Positions 12,601-27,043 of a stretch of 64,000 nt of DNA are shown piece by piece. The number at the start of each line of letters is the position of its first letter. Within the stretch, counting starts at the first letter, position 1. A program made the position numbers and the translations under genes. Source of the stretch: Tubulanus polymorphus (taxonomy: Eukaryota > Animalia > Nemertea). The notes below the pieces were generated by a model, which was given only the letters and a program-made list of their open reading frames with translations, had not been told where the DNA came from and ran no database searches. The DNA lies in contig NC_134031.1 of the NCBI RefSeq assembly GCF_964204645.1, forward strand, positions 2,108,001 to 2,172,000, given 5' to 3'.

Positions 12601-15600
12601 CCTTATTCAGTCCGTTAGTCATGTATAACTCACGCAGGTGACCCAATAATAGTGCTCGGTGTAAGCCAGGCGAGTTATTGGCAAGGAAGGTGTATACCCT
12701 GGGATTATATCACCGATAGGGATGAGTCGACCTATACGTGTCTACTTAATCATGATTAAAGCGACATTTCTTGCGCACCGATGTCTCTATTTGTTGATAT
12801 ACTTTCGGCATTTAATTTCGCCGTGTAGCGATGTGCCTCGAATTTCGATGCAGCCGGCATGGCCGGGTTTACTGCCGGTGACGCATTCGAATTGAATTCG
12901 TGAGCGGTGTTTTTGTTTGTCACACCGTGTGCAGCTCGTCGGTATATCGCGCGCCTCGGAATCAGCGGAAGTTTTTTTACATAGCGACTGGTAATTCGTC
13001 CCGCGCTTAACGAGTCCCCGGGGCCGCATTAGTTCACAACTGTTGACTTGTCCGTATTATGTTGCGTGAATGATCGTCTAGATTTCTTTTTGCTGTCGGT
13101 GTCGGAGAGGAAATAAACAAAGTGACTTTTAAATGGGGAAGCGCGCCGCGGTGCTTCTCTCGGCTGGGGGGACAATTTAGAGCAAAAATACATCATCAAA
13201 ACAGCCTTGACGATAAATCAACGAATCAACAAGTCTATGACAACAACGGGAAATATCGTGTTTTAGCTGGTGAAATCTAAAATTTAAATTTCCAAATATT
13301 TGCAAGTGGTTACTTGATTAACTCTACACCATTTAGACTCTGTGCACTGACCGTATGTACATTATATCAATCGAGGGGCCACATTTTGATCGTCGGTTTT
13401 TTAGTTTGTATTTTCCTAGCATTATCCTGTGCGCCCTTGATTTCATAAAGGAACCCTAAAACCCTTAACAACCTGTATGGCACTTCAGCGATATGATGAA
13501 TGCAGTGAAACTAAACATCAAATTTCAATAATATTATCCGAAATTATTTCAGAGATCTATCGTCGTTATACATAATTTAACTCTTGAAAACGTTTTCCTT
13601 TTCTCTTTCTCCGCCGTGTCGACGGTTTGATATCAGAAGCAATCGCCTTGAAAATTCCAACAAATTGCCGGCATTATCGCGCCTACTGTGATCGACGTCA
13701 TTTTCTTTATCTCCTCTGTCTCTCTCCTATACGACTGGTCTCGAGTCATAAGCCGCATACGAACATCGTTATTATTAATACATCCTTTATCGGCAGACGA
13801 TACGCGCTCGTCTTAGTATCGCCGGTCACTGATTTACTTTTTTCGTTAATACCTCGATTGTTGATTTATCTAATAGTTTATTCCTCGTGTCACCTAGCTG
13901 TAGTCGGTGCATCGACGATAGGATTCTGTATATTTCGATAAGCCAACCGAGTCTGCAATCTGTAAGATCATTCCAAACAATAGTATGAAGATCGATACCG
14001 TCGCTATAAAGATTTCCCGGCCTGAGTTATCATCCCCTGCTCTTTACACATTCCGCAGAATATGTATATACTATCATTGTTTCGAACTCGAAAGCCGATT
14101 TTACTAAACTCCCGATACTTTCGCAAACGATTCTGTATTGATTATCTATAGCTAGAATGTCAGACTGTTTGACAGACCCGCAGTGGGTTTAGCGCAATCT
14201 AAGCGTACGGTAAAGAAAGATTTCCGCGTAATGGAAACTTGCTTTAAATACCGCAAAACCAATCGTATCAAACGCTTTTGTTTCATTGAAAAATAGTAAG
14301 TTCGATTCCAATTGCAAATACCTTCGCTAAAATTAGCAAAATGTAGCTTTCTTTCAATCGTATCGAACACGCTTGGCTGATTTAGAAAAAAACTCAACTT
14401 TATCAAACGCTTTTAAGAGATCAAAGAAATAAAAAGCTATCATCCCCTTTTCCATTTACGTATTTGCCACTTTACGCGATCAGTTTTATATTCATTAATT
14501 ATTGTTAATAAGTGCTGTGAAAATAAACAAGTTACGTTGACTCGATACTAATATTATTCAATTACGGAATTATTATTCCAATTCGCGGAATCGGTAAATA
14601 GTACCGCGCATTATCGGTCGTTAACCGACTCTCAAGCGTTTCGTCGGCGCGACGCAAGACGCGAACTATTTACCGTCATTTCGTTCGAGGATTTGTACAG
14701 TATTCGTGCGTTTATTACCAATATAAAAAAAACCTAATCCGAAAGACGCCGATTAAGATCCCGCGGTTTCTCGTTCTACAGGCGCGGATAAACGAGACGC
14801 CTTGCGGTCGTCATTTCGTTGACGTACAAGTCGCCGCAAATAAAACTAGACCCTCGCTTTCCGGCCAAAGCAAACTCGGCGAGCTGGGCCAAATTAATAA
14901 CGCTGTTTGCCGTCCACTCGGTATCGTCACGATGGGTAACTTTACACCGCCGCTAAATCGTTGACTAATCGGCTCTTGTCAGGATACGTCAAACGTCTGG
15001 TCAAAACAACGTCAATCTCGGCAGCGCGCGCAGTGTTTATGTATGAGGTATATACCCGTACTCGCGGGATACACTGAGGTTATATGACGTACTTACCCGT
15101 ATCCCCCTTGTATCTCAGGGAGCGCCGATGTCTAGACGGGCAACAACCGCGTTAAATCCCGCCCGCACTGTCATAAACGTGACATTCGTTGTTATCGCGC
15201 GTTCTTGTAAATAATTTGTGCGCCAATATTGCACAAGAAGCTACCCCCTATATTACGTATTATTAGCAAAGCGATTAATCAGCGCCGATGGCTCTCTTCT
15301 AAAGACAGCGCCGACAAGAAACGAAACTGCTGTTTTTTTCCAAACGGCCAAGGTATAAGTTTCCTTCCACGGCAGCAGAGGAAAAACTTCTTGCCGAGAA
15401 AGTTACATAAGAACTTGCCACTCCTTCGGCACCTTCGGAATCTTCAAACATTTGGTCCAGTTCCCATAGCGGCTCCGGGAGCGGTAAACATTAATCTTAT
15501 ACCGGTTTATAAATAATTTAAACTGTCAGTAAGTCAATGTTGGTTCCACGCTGGTTGGCCCGACTGAGTCTATATTTGCAGAAATCGGTAACCGGCGATA

Positions 15601-18600
15601 AATAGCAGGACATAGTTGTCCAGATTCAATATTAACGTCATCCGTTTGTTAATGGTTCTACGATGACTAACAAACGTCTGTGAGACGGCTCAATTTCTCT
15701 ATCCATAAACAATTGCGAAAGCGGCCATTCGTTAGGTTCACATTAGAAGCCTTTTAATCAAGCGTTCAAATTTGCAAAGCATCCTTGACGCGAATGGCCA
15801 TCAGCGCGAATTCGCAAACACGAAATTTCCTATAAGATCGCTCCCGAAACCGGATACCGACTAGTTGAAACTACGTAGGCGCCTACTCTGGCAATCGAGT
15901 TGAATTAGTTTCTCTCTCGCATCTTATCGTTTCGTCGAAGATATCAATTTTCTCGGTCGGATTTGAATAATATCTCGTCTGCCGTATGAAATATTTAGAG
16001 ATCTTAAATATTCAATTGAATTCATTAACGGCGCGAGTTGAGGCAGAAATGTGCGCGGACTCAACACGACTGAGTACGAGAGGATCGGCTGAATATCCTT
16101 CAGAATACCCCGGACCCGATACAAGCGCCGAACGGAGAGCTACTCGAATTGTGCTACCGACACATTTTGGTTCGCATATCCAATATTCGGAATATTGGAA
16201 ACGAGAAGCCTAACTTGAAAGTTCATGACGCCTTGGAAAAATAACATATATATGCATCGTTTAATCTCGTCGTCTGATGATGATAGAATACCAGGAAAAA
16301 CTAAACAATTATGTTACCAGGTGCGTCTGCGGTGCATGGCGTAACACTAGTTAACACTATCTCGCTGATCGTCAAACCTGTAATATAGTTATTGCCGAGA
16401 GGCAGCCAAAATGAACCCCAGATCGGTCAGGTTGGTCGGAAGATTGTTTTTAATGAACTGGAACTGAAATTTGCAATTACGCTTCGATTGACACCAAAAA
16501 GTGCTAAATCATCTTTACACCGATTTCCGGTTTCAAAATGAAACCCCCTGTTTCGATCCCAGCAAGTGTGGCGGCGGGTCTGTGAGGGACATCAAATCAA
16601 AAAAAAATCAAACGAAATTTACTTATCAAATAAACAACAGGTTCAATCCCCATCTTAAGATGACACTATCTCGCTGATCTGGCCACGTTTTGGTGGCAAT
16701 CTTATCCTTATATCATGGATCAATAAAATCATTGTGAATATGAACATATTGGCAATTGAATTGAATGGAAGAGGCATTATCATTAAGAAGACAGGATGAT
16801 TCTTCGAATAGAGAATAAGAGTCGTGGAATTGATTTAATTACAAGATAAACGCCAATTTACACAATATTGCAATTGATATTTTGAAACGCCCCATTATTG
16901 ATGACGTAGTTCACATTCAGTCAACTCTACCTGTGAGGCTATGCTTTTTTATGAATAAGATAGGTGTTAAAAGTGAGCAATGTTCAGTTTCGACGTAAGA
17001 TGTTGATCGCCGCCACTTCGATTGTAAACGACAGAGTCGTACATCACTTTTCGTTTAGCCTGTTGTCGTCTGGCAGCGAAACGTTTTCCGCCTCAGCTTC
17101 GTTAAATGATAATGGCGTATTAATCTTACTCACCCGTGCAGCCGAAACGCGGCGGTAAAAAGGCTACAATGCCGCGTAACAAAGTACCTGTAGCCGTCAA
17201 CGAAATAAGATTTAAAGATACAAAACGTTTTTTTTTCTTTACCGCGAGGCACCGATGCCCAATAAGCTATATAGATAGATATAAATAGCCATATACTCTA
17301 TCACGCCTGTACATATTTTATCATACACGGGTTGGAAAGATGAATGACCGAATTATCATCCTTGTGTTACTACACCTTTTTGAATTTATGGTTACTTTAA
17401 CGAGATTTTGGATTTCTCTTCATTCACCAAAACCGATTTGTTGTCAAAACTGATTAACGGACCAGAGGTGTTGCATAGAGCCTTGAGGCTCTTCTGCTCT
17501 GTGGACTTCTCAGAGATTCCGACTCATGTAAAAACGAGTAATCGTTAATAATAATGCAACATTTTGGTATTTTTGATACAGTGTTTTTATGTCGTATCGA
17601 TGGAAATCTAAATCTACTTCCAGTTTTCTCCGTATTGGATTTCTCCGTATTGTAAAATCGCGAAAACAGGAAGCATTTGCCGTCATCGGGTGCGTTTCGT
17701 GCGTGTGCGCGCGCACGCTAAGACGATCGGCTGGAGTTTGAAAAATGCGAGGACACGGCGCGCACCATCATACTCAATCCGGGTCAACGGTTAATGAAAC
17801 TTGACGCTGAACAAATGTGGTGATTACCGCCAATCAGCGACAACAAAATCATAATAGATGTGTTTTCGCGTATAAGCCGCAGCGGTATCGACCTCACTGA
17901 CAGTCCTTCGCCGCGTCGTCGAGAATCTCTTAACAAATTATTATGATACGCATAAGCACCGATCGGGTTCATTAATTACCGCGCGCCGAGATCAAATCGA
18001 TCGTCGATCGCGTGGCTATAGAAATAAATACGCGATATGAAAACCTACTCGATCGCCCGGTAAAAGACTGATCGGCTTTGAAAAGCGCTGACGTTTGCAA
18101 CAACGGCGGCAACGTTTAAAAACACTATGCGTAGCTATACGTTATACGGTTTAAGCGTAGGTTTTGAGTAAAGCGTGATTCTTCGACAAACAGCGGTATT
18201 AACACGACCATTACTGACTGACTGAGACCTCTACTTCTCAATTGTCATTCGCTCAGAAAATGCAGACTCGTAAGAGGATTTTGGACGGATACTTTCTATC
18301 CTATGAAAACCTTAAAACCGACGTTACAAGTGCAATGCGCTCTTTTATATTGATACGTCGAGTTCCGAAGTCGTGGGTTCACATCTTAGTATAGAGTTAG
18401 ATTATACATTATGATATAGTAAATAATTCCTAGACAGTTCCACGATACTTGAATAGAGAGTCAAGTAAATTAACTTCTTCTTACTTCAGATAAGAATGAA
18501 CGTATCAATGTTATTGCGGGTTGCCATTAGATTCTAGGCCCAACTCGTTCAATGATATAAGTAAGCTGGCCGCGTCATGTTTATTGATATAGATCAAAGT

Positions 18601-21600
18601 GCTATTTGTCCTCCTAGGAAAGTTGGAAGCTTATTTCTTAGATTTGAATCCCTTTAATAAGAAAAGAAAAAAACATTATAAGTGTGTTGGCACCACTTGC
18701 AGGAGTTGGTGGATAAGTGGATTGTAATAGGAGGTCCGACCTGCTAGATAGAAGGAGGTAGATTTGGGACTCATGACATATATATTATTGGGCATATTAA
18801 TGAGTTATACAGGAGCATTACAAGCAGGTCAAGGACCCAGGACAGAAGATCCGGCCTTAGCACACAGTAAACCATTACAACAACACCGGTAGATGATACG
18901 CTACCACAACAGAACCTATACCACTTCTCTACCACCTCGTGTTGGTGTTGTCAACACACTACTAACATACCGGCAATGCTATATATTCGTGGATGGTCGC
19001 GTCAGTGGGCAACTTTTTGTATAAAAAGCAGGATTTCTTTCATCAAAGGATTTCATGCTTCTAATGATTGCATTAGTGTATTTTCCGCCAATTACTGGCG
19101 ACTTGTATGCAAACCACTTTCTAGGTTTTACCGGGATGCGACAGAAACAACGAACGAAACGATATCAGAAAAAGAATAACATTTAACCTTGTTATATGCG
19201 GCGCATATTTTTCATATCTCAAAGAAGTGGCGGCGAGCGAGAAAGGGGGAAAAATAGCAAAAATATTTCATCGCCGGATCAGCACCGTTCTCTCTTTCCC
19301 TCGCCCTCCGTATCAAACGAGTACCGCGTAAACTCGATTAAGATATCAATTGATTAAATTATCAAGGCTAGAAAAAGAATCTGACAAGAGCGCGCGAGTT
19401 TCACGCCGTTTCGTAACTAGATTTGTGTGCGTTCTGCTTTTTCGTCTCGACCGCCAGACGAGAGAAGATCCATACCACGCCGGACTTCGCGTGCTCCCTC
19501 AAAAGATAACCGCTCACTCGCTGCGAAGGGTATATATAGATTTTTATGATGGCTAAAAGCGGCTGAAAACACGTTCGTCGTATGCGCTCAGTTCGCAGTT
19601 TATCAAGTAGTTTTAGTGATTTTTGTGGCGATGAAAGTGTACGTTTCACAGCGCTATCGTGCAGCAAACCGAATTCGATCATAAATGAATTTAGTTTAGA
19701 GGTCACGGCCAGATCCAGACAGGAGCACACGAAGTTTGCACATCCGTCTCGCAATTTGTCCGTGCTATTTTGATAAAGGCAATTTTCAAGGGAAATCGTT
19801 ACGTCGCTCAATGTCGCTCAAAAGCCTGGAAATTGCATAGAAATGAATTGAAACTGAATCCACGATTTTAGTTAGAGACCGTTCACTTTAAGAAGCTGTG
19901 CGGCTTGAATACTCGAATCTGTGAATTCAGGGAATGGCGACTGTTAGTTGTATTTAATTCGTTTATCCGTCGGTGGCCGGTGGGTTACCAAACCCGGGGG
20001 CAAATCGAAATTAATTTGTCGAGCGTACAAGCTGTGGGTTACACACAGTAAAATTAATTACACGCGCAGTTCGCGTCACGTGATCACTGATTCACATAGA
20101 AATCGACATCTAAATGCCTGTGGTTTCTTTTAAACAGTTTTTGCACTCCAACAACGACAAACGAAAGGCCGATTTCATAGACCAGGGAATGGTCCAAACC
20201 CCGCGGACATTTCAAAATAAATCCGTAATTTTTGTCGGTTAGTTCATCCCCCACTGTTAGATGTCCGGCTTATAGTTTTTAGCCGACACGTCGCTCAAAA
20301 ATATATATATATATATATACATTTTTATTCAAGAACTTTGCATTTTTGGCTTAATTATTGTGGGATATATCGCTTATCACGTTTGTTCGGGGCTTCCTTT
20401 TCCCGATTAAGCGAATAGATGCCCGCGAAAAAACATCGTTCAAGAAACGAAACTCAACCACCACCACAGGATTCGACCCCACGAATGTTGGACTGATGGA
20501 CCATTAAAAGTGGAATCCCGATGGCTTATATCATGGTTTTTCATCAACCTAATGGATTCATCTATTTATACATCCATGCGTGTATATACATATATGTCTT
20601 CTTTCCTTGAAATGAGATACCCTTAAATTCTGAGTCTGAAATTAAACCCGGTAACGCGATTGAAATTCTACTTCCTGCGAATTTAACGAATATAGAAATT
20701 CGTAAGTGAATTAACCTTCGCTGAATTCTATTTCGAGGAAAGCCTATTATGACGTAGGCGTCTATTTACGTGTAGAAGAAAACCCGGTCGGTCGGTCGAT
20801 TAGAATCATTCGGGGCTGATTTTTCACTAATCTTCGCCGCGTCACAGATGAATTATAGCTTCTTTACGGCACTTGCGTGTTTGAATTTATTAGAACAGAT
20901 TGTTTTTGCTTTCCGATCAATCACGGCGCAGCTCGCTCGCTCGCGTCGCGGCTGCGAACAGGGAAAATTCGTGATGGCGAACGATGATACTTTGTGTCTA
21001 ATGGTCCCGACCGATTTTCACCGGCAATTTATTCAAATATTTCCGATTCGACAATTGCTCTCGATCTTTTCGATTAACGCGACGCTCGTCTTCATTAAGA
21101 ACGAATAAAGAAAGAGCTCGGTTACTTAATGACTTAAAAAGATTCCTCAGAACAAGAAATAGTGAGTTATTCGAAAATAAAATGAAATACGACTAATCCG
21201 AGAAAGGGAAAATTAGTGACGGTATCCGGGAATCTTTCGAATCAGTTGCGACCTTCCTCGACTAAATATCCTTCAATATTTTATGATTTTGTGATGGAAA
21301 AACAACTTTTCTACTGCCATAAAACCATTATTCGTTTCTAAAAGATCGAATTTCACGAGGATAAAAACAACTATTTCAGAAACTGTGCCTTTTTATCGCC
21401 GTTCGATTGAGATTTGACGTAGACCTGGCGCTGCTGCTGAGGAATGCGTACAATTTTAATGAACTTCACGGCGCATTTTTCAAATATCGCCGAGAATCTT
21501 CTCAATCCAGATACAGCAGTAATAAACCGCCGACTCGAATTTCACGTGAAATTCCGCGTGAACCAAACTGTCGATCTGGGACGAGGAAAACGGTATTAGT

Positions 21601-21744
21601 AGTATTAGAATTACTCGGACAAAATCGTATCCTGAAATCTTTGAACTTCTAGGTATAATTCCACTAACGATTACACGATTTAACGATTACATTTGACCCG
21701 GGACAATGATATTTTCCCCGAGCCGAATTAGGTCCGGGCCAATC

Positions 21745-21990
21745 GTTAACACTGGTGCTAAATGGGCCTGTTCGACACGGGCCAATTTGGCCCGCGACCA
21801 GAAACGTTGGACCACGCCCGTGGCAAATTTTAGTTAGTACGGTTCGAATAATTTCGTGCGATGCTCATTGGTTCTAGAGTTGACTCGGCATCGTTTTGAT
21901 AGCATGTAAGTAACGGATGAGATATTTACGTGTGAATATGCTTCCTCGTTTAGCACACGGCAAATCAATCGAATCGGGTCTGGTTCGGGC
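21745..21990. mobile_element. Degenerate copy of a dispersed ~300-bp DNA-transposon-like repeat (family D)
   Basis: Shares GGTGCTAAATGGG and AAATTTTAG..ACGGTTC with 55647-55965, and GCATCGTTTTGATAGCAT with 35427-35757. Confidence 0.55.
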
Positions 21991-24426
21991 CATATTCAGC
22001 TGAATCGTCACCGCGCGTGCGCTGAAACTCTGATGTCCTACTATTACAACGACCCGGGCCTCGAGTCAGGATGACGGTTATTACACGTGTAACAGTGTGT
22101 TTTACGCATCATAGTTTATTTGTTCTGCGATAGTTATATTTTACCGGATCGTCGTCGCCGTGAACACATTGAGAGACTGACGACGTCGACACTAAGTTAA
22201 TACGCTTATTCGCCCCATAAATTCTCTCTTTGATCTCGCTCCCGCGTTTAATTGCCGTTGTGGCATTAACACTTTTAGGAACGATACTAAAGTTCGTCCC
22301 GGCGGACCCGCGCCTCGTACACGACTGAGTAGTCTGCTTTCCGATTTGTGGTTTCTCATCCGCCGACAAAGTCTTACAAAATCTTGACGAAAACACTGAT
22401 TGCTTGGCTAGGAAAAAATCACTTTAGTTTCAAATACTTTTCAAACTTTCAACGACTTATCTTTTCAATGGGTAACTCTGCTAATGTTTTATTCAATCAT
22501 CAAACCTATTAGGTAACGTGATGATATGTAAATCGCTCTAAAACATAGCACGGTATAAAAAGATGTGTTTAAGAATCATACAATTATGATTATGATTATT
22601 ATCATATATTAGATGAAAATGGGGCATTCGATCCTCTCCTGCTTGTCCGAAAATCGTGGTATACTATAGATATGAAAAATTAGCAACATTTGTTGTCAAT
22701 TGTTAAGGTTGAGAATTTGATGGAGTGCCCATATCATTTTTCGCTCTCAATGGAAGCCGTTGAAATTCGCTGATTGAAAAGACTGTCTCTCAGATCGAGA
22801 ACGGTGGTGCGTGAAACTCACCAACCGATTAGTTTCGAATCCTGAATTACGCTGGTTGCATTTGTACCCTGATATTTCCCCTTCTGTCCTTGAAATTCGT
22901 TCTCTCGATCGACCTTCGAACATCAGATATATTTCGATAACGTTTTTTTTTTTTGTTGAAAACCGAGCCAACTGCACTTGAATGATGAATCAATTTTTCT
23001 ACCAAAGCGTTGAGATATGTTCAAATGTATATAACATACGGTGATATGATGTACATAAGTACTTTCCGAAACACCTACAGCAACTGCGCCTATAAATAAA
23101 TTTCGCATATCGAATCCGATCGAAGAACCGTCACTATCACTGGTTCCACGTGTCTAACGCCGCCAGAAGAACGATTCGAAAACTGATACAATTCAAATGA
23201 TTTAAACGAATATAAAGATGCATTTATAACAAAGCCGGAAAGTTGGTTTCGTGTCATAGTTCGATTCTTACTAAGAATTGAAGAAAAAATCATTGAAACG
23301 AAATCTTCCTACAAACCTTGTAGTTACATTGTAGAATAACCGGCAAAATTGAAAGTGAATTTAGCTTTTATGAAATATCGCATTCGAAGACAATTGAATA
23401 CGAGTAGAATTTACTGCACTAGTGTAGAGGACCTGGTTCGCGTAAACACAGTGACGGAAAGTTCATAGCATCTCAGTTGTACGAACAAGTAAATAACTTT
23501 AACTTTAACTTCATTTATTCATCGCGACAATATGTCGTGTATAAGGATATAGAAAAACATACAGATTCATACATTATGTAAGAAACAAGATATTTACAGA
23601 ACATTTCATCATTTATATAATATTCATTAATAAGTTCGGGTTCTTCGTATTCAATAGCTCGTAAATCTCCGCCTCGGTTAGTCTCGCCCTCTGGTGAGCG
23701 AAATAGTTACAACCCGATGGGAGAGAATAGTTCCTACATCTGATTTCGCGTCTTTTCATCAAAGCCCAAAAGACTCATAAAGAAAACTTGCTGTTTTAAA
23801 CTCGTTCTGTCGTATCGTATTGTCTGCTATCAAAAGAAGGTTTTTACGATTCTATGAAATAATATCGCTTCTGCCAAACAGTCCATTCAATATAATCGTC
23901 ATTGATTCTATTATACGAGCACTTTGCGTCGAGTATCCGAATAAGGTCACGTGACGCGCCGCTGCGCGCATTGATATAATCACCGGAAGCAATCTAAATC
24001 TCGTCCCTTTATAGAGGCGATGAATAGCTAATGAACTATCTAATTAGTCGGTTATGAACCGGGGAAATCAGCGCGGACCGACAGTTATCAGCTGAAACGG
24101 CGGTCTTCGGCGATAAACACGCATGAATAAAATATCCCGTCTCAGGCCGATAAACTCCGTCCATTCGAGTCACCGGCCACACGTACCGAATACGTGCACA
24201 AGAGACGCCCTCCGAATCAACAATTTCATCGTCATTGATTTTACTTATAGGTTATCACGAGGAAAAATTGTGGAAGAGCCGGTTTCGAGTCCAAATCCGA
24301 AAAACCAAATATTACTAATGAGGCTAGCTAGATTGATTTGAGTGCGAGTTTTCACTACTAGTGTATAGAAGCTTCATGGTTAAGGTTCACTCATTCACCT
24401 GATGAAGATACTAAACAGCTGTATAC

Positions 24427-24650
24427 TATCTACTATAACGAGTAAAATCCCACAATAAAAGAATTAGATGATAAAATGTTTATTAAAACATATAAGAAAT
24501 ATTTCGGGTGGTTACTACCACCCTTCTTCAGTCTAAAATGACTTGCCAAATACATTTCTAATTCTAATTTCTAATTCTTTTATTGTGGGATTTTACTCGT
24601 ATCGTTTTATCACGGATATTGTGATCTACCATTGATTTATCTACTATAAC
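24427..24650. mobile_element. Penelope-like retroelement remnant with inverted terminal segments
   Basis: Perfect 31-bp inverted repeat ACGAGTAAAATCCCACAATAAAAGAATTAGA (24438-24468 / 24570-24600); direct repeat TATCTACTATAAC at 24427-24439 and 24638-24650 (TSD-like); internal hammerhead motif. Confidence 0.6.
24489..24540 (-). ncRNA. Minimal type I hammerhead ribozyme motif (putative)
   Basis: Minus strand reads CAUUUUAGA-CUGAAGA-A-GGGUGGU(AGUA)ACCACCC-GAAA-UA-UU-UCUUAUAUG: conserved CUGANGA and GAAA core, 7-bp stem II, palindromic minimal stem III, 7 of 9 pairs in stem I. Confidence 0.55.
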
Positions 24651-24669
24651 CTTTTAAAGTACTGTAAAC

Positions 24670-25050
24670 ATTTCTGGGCCTGTTGTCTGGAACGATTTGC
24701 CTCTCGTGTATCCCACAATTTCAATGAAAAATTCAAATCGCATCTCATGAATTTGCAATTTTGAATTTTCTAAGTTAATCTGTAATCCTTTTGTTTCTGT
24801 CGTCTGCAAGAGTGTATGTATATCAGTGTGACTGTCCGCGTGAGTGTGTACGTGACACGACTGGATGCACGTGCGTATGACTGTAGTTAGTGTGAATCTG
24901 GGGATTTAGAAACTTTTACAAACCTTTGTTGGCTTCATCCAATCTCCTCCACATCATATTAGAATATCTCATTATTGTATAGTTTTGTAAATCACTTTAT
25001 GGCATGTAGTAATCTATTATGGAAAAAAGTTATCATTATTTTTATTATAT
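24670..25050 (+). mobile_element. 3' remnant of a CR1/L2-type LINE
   Basis: TCT GGG CCT GTT GTC TGG AAC GAT TTG CCT = SGPVVWNDLP, resembling the GPxxWNxLP motif at the C-terminus of CR1/L2 ORF2; followed by an AT-rich UTR-like tail. Confidence 0.4.
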
Positions 25051-26857
25051 TTGTCTTAAAGTTCACTGATTATGTAATAGTGTAAAACGTATGGTCATAT
25101 ACAGATTGAACGGTTGTTTCGGAGCCACAGTTCATTTTCCGGAGAACATTGTTGTAGGCAATGGTAAAACTAACTTATCAAAATGTACCACGCTCTGAAT
25201 GAACAGTTCAGACGCGCATGGCGATTTCTTTGTTTTCTGAAAATACTGATAGATTTGAGTCAAGTCTTTTTGGGCACCGGCAATTCCTCGATTCCCCACG
25301 ACGACGTTAAGGGCGAGTATCGTCCTATGAGTTACAGCATGAAATAGAAAAAATCGCATAGGAAAAGACGTAACGGTTAGATCCGTAGAGGAAAGAACGT
25401 GATTTTACACGAGTTCTTGTTCCACGCCGTCTCGTCTCATCTAAGTGCGTCGAATAGTCGTCCCGATAATGATCAACGGCGCCTCATCCGATCTACGGGG
25501 CAGCGCGTGGGCGCGATAAGGTGAGCTCAACGACGGGGAAGCTGGACATCTGTCGGCGACAGCACTGGGCGGACGCACGAACAAAAATTCTCTCGATGAT
25601 CATCACTTGTATCAAATATATACATATATACATAGACAGATGCGCTCGTCTGTTCTCGAATAAGAAATCATCATATGTTGCGACTGTTTGAATAGATTGC
25701 CCTGTGACAGGAATACCGACAGTCGCCAAGTATCTATCCAATTATTTTCAAGTGTTTTTTTTCGCTGCCTCTACCTGTCGAATACCTCGTATGTCTCCGC
25801 AATATAACGCGTCCTTCAAGCTTTATTATTTGTTTACAGCGCTAGCGAGAAGCGTTCTCAGTATATTTTCAGACCTTCCTCTAGTTCGCTAGTTTAATTG
25901 AAAAATCGAACGATTCGTCGCGTGTGGGTTTTTTCTAGCTAGATTTCCGTCGAAGGGAAAACAACTTTTCTTATAGCATTGTTGGAATATGTTTTTTTTC
26001 AAATTTGGTAATACATAACCTAATGAAATGATCAAAATGATGAGTCCATTGCAACCACACCGTTTTCACACTGTCATGACATGCACTCCAAAGGTTGTCT
26101 TAAAACAGGAAGTTTGTCTTGAGTTGTAAGATTAGTTTAGACCCAAGGTGCCTTAATCTGAATCTTAAATCCGAGCCATGAATGATTCATGGCTTAGATT
26201 TAAGATTCAGCTTCAGGCCATCTTGTGCGACTAGCCCCTGGCGAGAGCTTTTGGGAAACGGCCAAAATACTCACCGTGACTATAATATTCAATTTCCTGA
26301 TTCTAACTTTTTCATCGTGGGATTTTGCTTCAAAAGATGCTCAAATAGAATACATATATCAGAATAACACATGGTGTGTATACTTTCACACTTACGAAAC
26401 GCATGCGCGAAATAACGACCTCAGTTTTGACTATGATACGTAAATGAACAGGTTTTATTTAGAAGGTGGTTTATGTTATCGACACTTAGAATCAATGGTT
26501 TTCTCTCCCTCTCTCTCTCTCTCGTTATTGATTGGGTTTTGCTGTTGCCGGTGGGCTGCTGTTATTACCCCGCAATTCTCGATAAACACAAACAGACGAT
26601 AGTGTTTAATTTCGCCACTATTTTACTACGCGTCCTATATTCGAACGTCTTAGATTCGTTCGTAAATTTACTCGGTTCTACTTGGGAACAATAATATTCG
26701 TCAGTCGTGAATCAACTGGCTTTAAATATTAAATCACTCGCTAGTTGCTGCTGCCGGTTCGGTCAAAGTCGTGAGATTTATGCCAGGTGCTTTAGTTCGT
26801 ACGCGAGCCGCCAGAGGCGCTGATTACGCTTGTGTATGTTGCAGGCGCAGCGGTGAA

Positions 26858-26864
26858 TATAAAA
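26858..26864 (+). promoter_or_regulatory. TATA box of the neuropeptide precursor gene
   Basis: TATAAAA about 80 bp upstream of the signal-peptide ATG (26939), implying a TSS near 26888 and a ~50-nt 5'UTR. Confidence 0.65.
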
Positions 26865-26938
26865 CTCAGACGGCCAACGACAGACGATTGAAAACCGGAT
26901 TCGCAACTGTTAAAGGACACTTCGCATCTCAGTGCAAC

Positions 26939-27043
26939 ATGGAGCTAGTAAGGTTTAACGCGATTTCAGTGGTCATACTCGTGTTTGCCTACAGTTACAC
27001 AACTCATGCCGTTCCAGTAGCAGATAAAACTGCCAAAAATCAG
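26939..27043 (+). CDS. Neuropeptide precursor exon 1 (signal peptide)
   Basis: MELVRFNAISVVILVFAYSYTTHA|VPVADKTAKNQ: basic residue, hydrophobic core, T-H-A cleavage motif; start context CAACATGG; consensus donor CAG|GTCAGT at 27043/27044, phase 0, matching the phase-0 acceptor at 48999/49000. Confidence 0.8.

Noticed and set aside
18400-18900. Possible minus-strand LINE remnant
   Set aside because: Only faint resemblance to a GPxxWN motif; too degraded to support.
26771-26938. N-terminal 56 aa of ORF 26771-27052
   Set aside because: Non-ATG start upstream of the TATA box; the real start is the ATG at 26939 that opens the signal peptide.
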